64,000 nucleotides of DNA from Phoronis australis. Lineage: Eukaryota; Animalia; Phoronida. Of this stretch, positions 11,634-22,900 are shown in pieces (position 1 is the stretch's first letter; each line of letters opens with the position of its first letter). The notes beneath the pieces are model-generated. The model was not told the origin of the DNA, did not search any database, and saw only the letters and a list, made by a program, of their open reading frames with translations. The position numbers and the translations under genes were made by a program. Location: assembly GCA_002633005.1 (NCBI GenBank), contig NMRA01000459.1, positions 171,047 through 235,046 on the forward strand, read 5' to 3'.

Positions 11634-13421
11634 TAGTCGGTGGGCCAGATCTCATAGCGTTCACCCTTGTGAGTACTTTGGGGGGGCAACCTAGTTTTTT
11701 CTATGTGGCTAGACAATATACCCATAAATCAAATTCCAAAAAGTTCCCACGTCTACACTTGCACATTTTTTGCACAAAATAGGATGCATATACCTGCCAC
11801 TTGATGGCGCTTTTCTATTGAATTGACCAATCAGAGAGCCAGATTGTATTGTTGTGCTTAGTTACTTCAATATGGCTGCTCCCATGGAGTGTGATGCCTG
11901 TATAATTCAAGGTTTATCAAACAGCACAAAATTGTGATGTCAGAGACTAAAGAAGTTTAGGAAAGCTTCCTGACGAAAGCTGATTGACTGTGGAACTCTG
12001 TAGATCAGTAGATCAAAAAGAAGAAGAGAAGTCACAAACGTTTGTGCAGAAAACATCTGCATGTCCTGGTAGCCTACACAGTATAGACTAGAAGACCAAG
12101 TGTCAGACCAAAAAATTGAAAGGACATAGAACGGCATAGCAACGTTTCAACGCACCAACAGTAGTACTAAAGCTGAAGTTGCTGAAAGTGATACAGATGT
12201 TATCCAAGATTTCCCAAGAAAATCAATTACTTCCAAAATCTGAAACACCCAATTAACCTGAACAAGATAGGAACATTCTGAAACATGAGTGCATCATTTG
12301 TTAGCAGGAAAAGTACATTATGGGCCACATTTCAAGAAAGAGAAAGAAGTATAGCTTTCAAAAACAGGTACGTGTTTTTTAAAAATACATNNNNNNNNNN
12401 NNNNNNNNNNNNNNNNNNNNNNNNNNNNNNNNNNNNNNNNNNNNNNNNNNNNNNNNNNNNNNNNNNNNNNNNNNNNNNNNNNNNNNNNNNNNNNNNNNNN
12501 NNNNNNNNNNNNNNNNNNNNNNNNNNNNNNNNNNNNNNNNNNNNNNNNNNNNNNNNNNNNNNNNNNNNNNNNNNNNNNNNNNNNNNNNNNNNNNNNNNNN
12601 NNNNNNNNNNNNNNNNNNNNNNNNNNNNNNNNNNNNNNNNNNNNNNNNNNNNNNNNNNNNNNNNNNNNNNNNNNNNNNNNNNNNNNNNNNNNNNNNNNNN
12701 NNNNNNNNNNNNNNNNNNNNNNNNNNNNNNNNNNNNNNNNNNNNNNNNNNNNNNNNNNNNNNNNNNNNNNNNNNNNNNNNNNNNNNNNNNNNNNNNNNNN
12801 NNNNNNNNNNNNNNNNNNNNNNNNNNNNNNNNNNNNNNNNNNNNNNNNNNNNNNNNNNNNNNNNNNNNNNNNNNNNNNNNNNNNNNNNNNNNNNNNNNNN
12901 NNNNNNNNNNNNNNNNNNNNNNNNNNNNNNNNNNNNNNNNNNNNNNNNNNNNNNNNNNNNNNNNNNNNNNNNNNNNNNNNNNNNNNNNNNNNNNNNNNNN
13001 NNNNNNNNNNNNNNNNNNNNNNNNNNNNNNNNNNNNNNNNNNNNNNNNNNNNNNNNNNNNNNNNNNNNNNNNNNNNNNNNNNNNNNNNNNNNNNNNNNNN
13101 NNNNNNNNNNNNNNNNNNNNNNTGTAATGTGAGTTTAATATTGTTCAATACAATGGCACTGATGGGACCATATTACTTGTTTTACAAAAAAGTCACCAAA
13201 ACTGTTGTTTTTACAAATATAAGTTTACTAAGCTCTTTGGTGATTATTATGTAACTTCAAACTCAAATTTCTCAAAAATGTGCAACTTTATATGTGGGAA
13301 CTTTTTAGATTTTGAAAACACTCTAATAAATGAATTAAAAAACACCAAAATAAAATTGCCCCCCTAAAGTACTCACAAAAACCATTTTCTAGAGGCCCTA
13401 CAAAATCTGGCCCACCGACTA
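11634..13421 (+). mobile_element. Academ-type DNA transposon remnant spanning the assembly gap
   Basis: Perfect 17-bp TIR tagtcggtgggccagat/atctggcccaccgacta, extending imperfectly for about 140 bp (gtgagtactttggggggcaa vs ttgcccccctaaagtactcac). Termini are TAG..CTA with a 3-bp TTA duplication at 11631-11633 and 13422-13424. A stop-interrupted Cys-containing frame starts near 11872. Confidence 0.8.
12391..13122. other. Assembly gap (N run)
   Basis: About 730 consecutive Ns. Confidence 1.
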
Positions 13422-16127
13422 TTACGTTGCGCCTAACAGCTAGGCAGAGGAAGTACATGCACTTACGGCTGGCTTGCCGTATCGGAATTGCTACATGATC
13501 CCCATTTGACAACGTCTGTCGCCATTAGACCGCAAAATATTTTAAAAATATGGATGAAAACTGTTCCCAACGAGATTGCATGGCCGTATAACAATTGGAA
13601 ATAAAATAACAACACTAGAAGAAGCACTTATCTCACGATATATACATGTATGCGACCAATAAGCGACATGACTTGCCGTGAGGATATACCGATCGGCACA
13701 GAGTTTATTGCACAGCTATGGATTTTTAGCTGCCATGCAGAGTTCAGTACAGTACAGTGATATACATGTATCTACAGGGCACCCTGTCCTCCTAGAAGCT
13801 CAAAAGTGGCCCTTTCATTGAAAAATTAAAAGTCGGTGATAATCCCAGGACGCAATTACCGGTACGCGGGCCACTTAGTGGAACAAAACACGCAGCTGAG
13901 ATTGGCCAATCGATGAAATATTTTTAACAGAGCTTGCTTGCCTTGCTTTACTACTCACAGATATAAAAGCTGGAGCAGGGTTGGTAGAAATCTTCTTTGC
14001 CAGCCTCTGGTGTAGGTTTGTGAAACAAAGTGTATGCCAACTTGTCTTTGCGACGACCATGAACACGCAAAGGAGTACGTGTCGGTGCACGCAATGGTAA
14101 CTTTTACATGTAATAATTAAGAAAGGTGTAATTGACATATTTTACCAATACTGACAATTTCATCTATCATATACAGTTTGTGCTTTCTAATTTGGGTTCA
14201 TTCCTTGGTTTTGTGCTAAGGTTAACGGAATAGAACATTAGAATTGCGACAGTTTTATTGTAGCTGTGTGCAAATGTGTGTGCATTCAGGCATTGGGCTC
14301 CATTTTGGCTGTCAATGTTCGTCATTGCCGTCTCAGCTCTGAATGATCGTCCTCGATTGTTTGAGGCAAACTTGCAGACCTCCCTAATTTATGTCATAAA
14401 CATTGAAGTTAAAAGTGATCAGTTTCATAGAGAAAATATCACGTCATCTACACTTATGCATGCTACTAACATGGATGGTAAGATCTTACTTGTATGGCAA
14501 CAATCTACTGCTCGTCATACGTTGTTTTTGGAAAGACGCGTGTGAAGACATTTACATGTACATGTACTTGTCTAAAAGACGTTCAGCGCTTCCTTTCCCA
14601 AGTCCACAAAGTACGCGTTATGAACTGGAAACCCCTTAACGTGCACGGTTTGTACTTGTTCGTAGGGGGAAAGTGTTAATATGTTTCTAATCGTAGGCTA
14701 ACATCAACAAATGCAGACGTCTGTCGACTGGCTGCTTGTTGTTTGCACTCCGTGTTCTTTAATAAAGTGGAAATAAAAAGCGGCGCCTTTACAAATCTAA
14801 GCCTCTTTATCAAAACCAAAATGGACCGAGTGTGCCGTGTTTTCATTTGACTGCAGCCAACGCTTCTTAAACTAAAACATACTACAATACAACTTTCTTA
14901 TTCTTCTCTGAAAGCTTTGAACTAGCGAACGCCACAGGAATACTGTACATCAAAGTTAAACACCGTGAACCTGCATAAAACTGTTGAAATATACTCTCTG
15001 ATACTTAATTGGAACTTTTCATAAGTATGAGGTCGATCTATTGCCTGTAAATATTTTTCTTTTACTTTTTATTATCAAAAAATCTGCGTGATCAAAACAA
15101 ATGAATGTTACTCATAATGCTGTGCGGTTTGACCTTTTGGCAACTCTAGAAAAGCTGTTTCTGGTACTGCTTCCAACAAGAGAACAGAACTTCGCCTTAG
15201 CTAGATACTGTATTTGTTACTTGAACATTTTGATGATGCTATTAAAAACGAGTGCAGGTGGCCTGATGCCTTTGCGATACATCGAGCGTGTTTAGGCCAC
15301 GTGACAAAGAAGATAAGGTCAAGGGTGAATAACAGCACTGATTCCTGCAAGATGACAAAAGTGACATTGCAAGGAGACATACAGCTTAAAATTCATTCTG
15401 AGGCCTCTTTTCTGAAACATCAGACCTATATATATATATTAATCTGAAACAGTGACATCAAAGCGATAGATGGAATCATACAAAGGCGAACTTATAGGGA
15501 AGACGGGCTCAGGTCCCACTATGGACTTGGGAGGAGTAACTAGGCGTAATATTGGCTCACAATTATGTAAAAAATGGGTGTCATGACACACTAGGCCTTT
15601 TGAAATTGACATCCAAGTGCAGTGAAAGTAGTTCTTTATGGAGCCTGTTCTTGATCATAAAATATCCCAGTTGACCTATGAAATTAAACACAGCGTAACA
15701 AAGGGTTTGTGGTCTTGGCTGAGAACATAAATTGTTTTATTACGCCAATGAAATTTGAATAGCCAAGCCTGGAATGCTGCATTATGGGCATGATGATAAA
15801 TTGTTTTAGGGCAATCCACATGTTTACTGCGAAGTTAACTGGCGCTCTTAACTTCGATCCAGGACCAAAGTTAATTGTTCATACCCTGTACTGACCGCAA
15901 CTCCTGAAAACATCGACGCTAGCATGAAAGGATCTTAACACTTGCAAGTGACTAATCTGGGCCAGCGTGAATCAGTATTAGTAAGCGCAACAAATCGCAA
16001 GACAAAAACTGAACTACTGATCGAATTGTCTCTCTACAAAATGATTCGGGTCAGATGTATGCCGACTGCGATCAGTTACCAAGTGAGGGTTTTTACGAGT
16101 CACTGAACATTTTACAAACAGCACACT

Positions 16128-16872
16128 TACTTGTCCATCGAATGTCTTGCAAAACCTTCATGAGTTCAAACATTCAGTCTTGTCTTCATTGTTTCCTACC
16201 TTTCGAACGACTCGCTTAGGTACACGGTTTGTTGCTAATGTCGCTTTTTGTACCGACTAACTCGTCTTTTTTTCGAATCTCGTACAGCAGGACAATCGCC
16301 TTTCTCCAGCAACCGCCTTTTGTATTTCTGTTGACCTCTGTGGCTGCGCAAGCGTTGTTGTAATATATTTCGTATTTTAATGACTATCATTTTTATTCGT
16401 TGCAAACATTTCATTTGCTCGTTGTATTAAAAGTGCTTTTTTGTAATTTCTGCAAGTGTTCAAAATTAGTAACTTTTTTATATTTACGTCATACCAAAAN
16501 TACTTGTCCATCGAATGTCTTGCAAAACCTTCATGAGTTCAAACATTCAGTCTTGTCTTCATTGTTTCCTACCTTTCGAACGACTCGCTTAAGTACACGG
16601 TTTGTTGCTAATGTCGCTTTTTGTACCGACTAACTCGTCTTTTTTTCGAATCTCGCACAGCAGGACAATCGCCTTTCACCAGTAACCGCCTTTTGTATTT
16701 CTGTTGACCTCTGTGGCTGCGCAAGCGTTGTTGTAATATATTTCGTATTTTAATGACTATCATTTTTATTCGTTGCAAACATTTCATTTGCTCGTTGTAT
16801 TAAAAGTGCTTTTTTGTAATTTCTGCAAGTGTTCAAAATTAGTAACTTTTTTATATTTACGTCATACCAAAA
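16128..16872. repeat. Near-identical 372-bp direct duplication across a single N, probably an allelic-overlap artefact
   Basis: 16128-16499 is repeated at 16501-16872 with a few substitutions, and the junction is exactly the N at 16500. Confidence 0.9.
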
Positions 16873-16968
16873 AACGACAAAACGGCGTTAAGAGTTTTTT
16901 GTCTGTAACTCGGACCATAGGCCAATCACATTCGGGTGTTTCTTGAGTGACGAACACAGTTGTTTTGA

Positions 16969-19900
16969 ATGAACTGTCTCTTTTTGTGTTACAGCGACCT
17001 TGTGAACAATGGAGAACAAGATGAACAGGAAAATGGTGTTTACAAATCTCGGTTTGAATGTTTTGGAGAAGATACAGATTTTCATGGATTAAAATATATC
17101 TCCAGAGGAGAGAACTCTGGGGTTAAAAGACTCTTATGGTTATTACTGATCATAGCCAGTCTCATATACTTGGTCATAGAGATTTACGGACGTGTGGCAT
17201 ATTATTTAACATTTCCTCACGTAACAAAAGTCGACGTCGAATTCAAAAGTGACCTTGGTGAGTACCGCTTCATCCAACTTAACGTATGAAATATTGTTGC
17301 GTGGCTTCTGAAGATTTGTTCTAATCATACATTGCGGAGTATATGTACACTTTCAAGTGAAACACATTAATCTCTTAAAGAGTTCCTGCAATGGATTTTT
17401 TTAGGTTTTAGACCGTTTATGACAGTTTTGTAACACAAAACGTAAACACTTATTTTGGGAAACAATTGAGGAATTTTGAATTTTAAATAAAACTTTTAAA
17501 ATGACTTTGTGGTTTCCCGCCACGTGGTGTCATCGGTGGTAGACGTCGATCAGTTGACAGTGCTTACAGTATGTAATGGCGAATAGTAATGATTTTGTAA
17601 GATACGAAGGCTTATAGAGTGAGCTTGACGAGTATTATGTGGACAGGTATGGTTATGGGGGGTGAAGACGACACTCAGACTTTACGTGTTTGAGGCCGTA
17701 CGAACTCGACTTTCGCGCATCGGCGTCTTCTGCGAGTAAGCCGAGTCGGAGCCTATTCAGTCTACAGACAGTCCTGGTTACAGAGTGTGAATACAGCATT
17801 AAATCACGATTTAATTTTCTTACCACTGTCGAGTAATATGTGCCTCGATGTGTAAATCAAACCCAAGTTTTCACCCTGACTGTCAAAACCCAGTCGCGAG
17901 TTGAGGACACTGATTTCATTTCTTTGAATGCCGAGTGCGTTTGTCAGAAAGGATCGTATGAAATTTTAGCTATGCTAACTGGATTTTATTTCTGGTAAAT
18001 GATACTCGTTTCTGTCTTATCTTTTCCAAAATTATAAATGCGGCATTCAGCTTCCCAACGGTCTGTCTTACGATATTGTTATTCTTGGACTTTACAAGAC
18101 GCAAGATTTTCTATTTAACATTTTACTTCTACTAGCTAAACAGTACATTTACAAAGAGAGATGTCACAAAAATATACCTAATTTTCTCAAGTTCGTTACA
18201 AAAACTTATGAATACTATAATGCTGAAAAATTAAATGCACATAAAAACTTTGTACATGACAGCTTTTCTGCAAAATGGGAAAAATTTATTGTTTATGTTA
18301 AGTTCATGTAGAAGATATTTACTTTAAACGAGATATGAGAATGGTCTTCCTGAGGTGTGCATGCGTGAATGAATGGTGTACTTATTTGTTTGTTTGTTTT
18401 TTGTAATTGTTTGTAAAGGATAATAAATACATAAAAAAAGAAAAAAAACAACAAAAAAATTATGAATGCTTTGACGTGTTGGCCGTTGTGATTCGTCGAT
18501 TATTTGGGTCCAGCTGTCTGACTCCCGCCTAGTGTGCCGGTTGCGGTCGGGATCTCAAATTTTTTGCGTGACATCTACACTGTTTATCCCATTTTCTACG
18601 ATTGCGCATTGACGTACATGTATATGCGGATTCCCATAAAATCCTGAACAAGAATGGATTGATGGAAACTTTCTGTATCACCTCTATTACCTCAGTCTCC
18701 ATACTCTGTGTGCTTGAAAACTACGTTCCCAGCAATATGGTACAATACAATACACTTTTTCTCCATCAAATGCACTCTTACTCGTTGGAGAAACCTCCAA
18801 CAAATCTTCGTTTTTGCAACGTATCGAAACAAGATTCTTCAAAATGGGCAGAGCACACCGAGGCCCTGAAGTGAATCGATTGCTCCACCGTGTACTGCTA
18901 TGCGCGTGTCCGACGCATGAACCTGTGCCACTTCTGGATAACAGTATAGGGTCTTTTGGAAACGCAAATATTGTAATATTGTCTGTCCGACTGCTGTTGT
19001 TACATTCTCCGTACATGCAACTTTTTATAATTATATTGAGTCGAAGTCATTTTTCGAGACCACTACTACTCACTGCTGGGGTAAAATAACAAAATGGCGG
19101 AAACCGGATCTACGGATGACATCACGCATTTTTTTAATTTTTGCGTTTATTTCTTGAATTAAAAAGGACATAAATTGAAAGAGAAATATTCAAAATAAAA
19201 ATATCATACTAATTTTGTTGGTAACCGAATTCAAGGTCGCGTGACCATGGTGTGAAGGTTTAAATATCATATGTAGATCACTTAGTTCTATGTCCTGTAG
19301 TCGCACGTGAGTTTGTTCATGTTGTCAGGTCCACGGGAAACCGGAATGCAAAGAGCATAATGTCACTTAATTTTCAGGTTCACGGTGTCGATGAAAGACG
19401 ACACAAGATTAATGTACCGAGAGTAATTTTGGGCAAGGTAGTGGAACTATGCTAATTTCACCCCAACTTCGATAATTTTTAATGACAGCCATGTTGTTTT
19501 TCATGGTGTAAAATGTCATTCTGGTGTGATCAACAAGGACTACTGCAACTGTAGCACAAAAACAGCCTTTTCCACACTTCGCGGAACTATGCTTTCCACG
19601 TAAAAGTATTTTTTAAAGGGCTTAAATTGAAAGGATGGTGAGAATACACACATGTATAGTGAATTTTTAGCCTTTTTAGCAAATCGTTTATGATGTATCT
19701 GTATACTGACCGACAACCTGCCATAATGCATTTTAGAAACCTACAGCAGCGCCGACAATATGATCCCTCGGAATGCTCGCAATGGAGTAAGAACTATAAG
19801 ATCCTGTAAAGTTCCTTTTACTGATATAATCCGCTTTTATGCGTACGAACTTGTTATATTTTTCAAATGCATTTTCAGACTTTCCCGCCTTCACTGTGTG

Positions 19901-22900
19901 CAACATGAACAAATACCGCGCTTACAGCATGACGGATATGGATCTTTTTCACATGGGCGAGATCCTGGATATAGTTGATGAAAACATGAATTTACACCAC
20001 CACAGCCATTATAAGGAATCGTTCGTCAAGAGAGTGCAGAATATAAATAAGACCGAGATCAGACTAAAAAACGAAAGTTTTGATTTAGAAGAATTTGTCA
20101 GACGAACTGGACACCAAGCCAGAGATTTGATTTTATATTGCAAATGGAAGGATGAACTGTGCACAGGAGAGGCTAACTTTACGCACGTGTTCACGCACTT
20201 GGGAAACTGCTATACTTTTAATAGTGGTAAGAAAAAAGTAGCCGCGAGAAAAGCTGGAGCCGGAAATGGGTTGACGCTGTATTTAAACATTGAAGAGCAT
20301 ACGTATTTAGAAAATAAGGATGCTGCTGACGAGGGTCTCAAGGTGATGGTTCACAGCCAGATGGAACCTCCGTTTATCAGGGAACTTGGTTTTGGCATAA
20401 TGCCAGAACAACATCACTACATTGCTATTAGGAAAACTGAGGTATGCTTATCCAGCAATTCAGACATAGTGTTACTGCCTTAAAGGAGCGGAACTCCTTT
20501 AAAGTTCAGTTGGTGGCTACGTCTTATATGATGTAACTCCTAGTGTATCCATAAATGTCGAATATCATTCACTGTTTCATGTTTAACGTCGAGGAATAGG
20601 GGTATATCTATCTGATCGTGACGAACATACACTGTAGATAGGACTAGATTGGCTCAACCACGTCATCTCTATAACCCGATCCTGAGAGGCCCGGGTGACA
20701 AAAACATTCTCTTCCGACACGGCGCCCGGCATCAAGGAGTTTGTAGACTAGCATTTTTTTGAAGTTTGAATTCGACTCATTACATCTACGTGTGAACATT
20801 TCACTGTTTCTTTGCTCTCAGTGTTCACTTGGCTGCACTAAAGGAAGTGAATAGGTTGAGGACGTACATGAAAAGTAGTTCACAGCACTGGTTACCTTCA
20901 TCCTTGTATTCGATTTAAAATCCTGGAATTCTTTGACAATAATGCTAGTTTGAACAATCTTGCATTTGACAACACTGTGTGAGGGCTCAGTATTTTAGAA
21001 TCCTAAAATAAAAGCCTCGCGTCTGCGAGAGTTTATTCCATCATAGAATGTTACAAATTTGAGGTGCCCTTCGAAACTTCCAGAGCAAAGACATGTGGAC
21101 TAATTACATGTACTTGTACCATTATAGACCATCTGCTGTGGGTCTGTTTGTGCTGTTTTCCATTTCATTGCGCGATAATCAAATGCTGTGCTACATATTG
21201 GCAAATTCAAGTGACATCTCTACGTTGGTCGGTCCTGATCTTCCACTAAACTCCATACAGCCACATTTTCATGGCGCATCCGCCCCGTCACCAAATTTTG
21301 CTACGATTTGTGGCAGTTTTTTTGTCACCAACTACCATGATATCTTCATTATGTAGCTAAATAGTTTATTTATTTTAATGTTTTCAGATCACTAATTTAC
21401 CACACCCGTATGGTAAATGCGTCAATGCTAATGATTCCAGGAGGCATCCAGACTTTGAGCATTACACAATACCCGGATGCAGGATTCAGTGCGAGACAAA
21501 GAACGTTCTAGAAACCTGTGGTTGCCGCCTGCCAGAAATGCCTAAAATGCGTATGTCTATATAATACCAATTCCTTCCTAGCGCCAAAGGTAGTTTACGA
21601 TACTTGGTTAATGTAGTCCATACTAGAATAAGTAAACCTACATTTCGCCCAGTTTAGTTGTTTAAAACTTTCAAATCGAATTTGTCCTGTTACTCCCGCA
21701 ACATTGGTCTCAAAATATTCCTTACCGTGATTAAGGATTCCAAAAAGAACATCTAAACCATCGGCGGCACAGCAAAACGTTGCAGAGTTCATTGGTTTGA
21801 CCATCCCTCAAATTACGATTTCAAAAATAGTCATGACTAGGGTTGCCACCTCATTCGTCAACACGGTTCTTTACCTCAAAACGCTTTTGTTAAGAACTCA
21901 ATATTAAAAACTGTACTACTGCGAAATGCCCCTTGAAAACGTGAACTGCAACATAACTACACATACTGCCTAATACAGTGAGATTCTTACTCAGTACACA
22001 TTGTGAAGTGTCATGGTTCGTTTTCGGCATGCAGATATGATGCTATAATGCCACACTCCGAAATTCTTCTGGCCTTTTGGTTATCAAAAAAAACAAAGCA
22101 ATGCCAACAACAATTCTTAAGAGAGCAGAACAAATGTTGATGAAGTTTAACGAGCAATGTTATATTTCAGCTGATCACGAGGCGAAAATCTGCACGCCTC
22201 CTCACCAGTATAAGTGCGCAGTGAAGGAACTAGGTACGGTATGTGTAGGCTATGATCATTTACCAACCGCATGCATTCCCTAGACGTGAGAATCTCTTGA
22301 AAACGCAAAGTAAACAAACGACTTTGCGAGATATCATCATGTATTACTAACGAAGCACATGCTTTCCTTCGCGAGATTCTTTCGCTACGGAACTCAATCC
22401 AGGACCCTGGTTCAGGGTATGCGGTTTAATGTTCTTACCCGAAATTGAAGTTATTTTTGTCATTTTCTTTTCTTTTTGTTTTGTGACAGCTCTCAATTTC
22501 ATGGGCGGCGCAGCACTGAAAAAAGTGGGGGTTAAAACCCCCTCAGCCCCCCGTGGTTCATCGCCTATAAACCATGTGCGGCGTACCACTCAAAAAGGTG
22601 GGGGGCTATAGCCCTCCCCAGCCCCCTATGGTGCGCTGCCCATGAATTTGTGTTCATTATTCTATGCTCGAGTACATTATGCCATCCGTAGAAAAAGGTC
22701 AATGGTCACAGCTTTTGGCGATGCTGTTGTCGTGAATAGCACGTGATAAATATGTTTTGCGGGTCTCCGAAAATTACAAAAATAATCGTTCTCCATGCTT
22801 TTTTATGATCGAAAAAGACGTTTATGGAAACGCGGAGGCATACTAGAACGTTGCTCGCAGCGTGAAGTGCGCAAATTGTATAAGAGGATTTAAACCCGCC

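Larger units (their letters stand above)
17376..19263. mobile_element. Kolobok-like DNA transposon remnant in ASIC intron 1 (boundaries approximate)
   Basis: Left end TTAA-AG and a decayed THAP domain on the minus strand near the right end. No matching right TIR was found. It is interrupted by an L1/Tx1 tail. Confidence 0.5.

Noticed and set aside
12285-13148. Long ORFs of 280 and 276 aa in the ORF track
   Set aside because: They consist almost entirely of translated Ns.
16128-16872. Tandem duplication of the ASIC upstream region as a real regulatory duplication
   Set aside because: The junction is exactly a single N and the copies differ at only a few sites, typical of unmerged allelic contig ends.
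17376-20502. ttaaagagttcc (17376) and ggaactcctttaa (about 20490) as TIRs of one element that captured ASIC exon 2
   Set aside because: The match is short and gapped. The right motif is explained by a local palindrome (ttaaaggag-cggaa-ctcctttaa), and exon 2 is an ordinary conserved exon.
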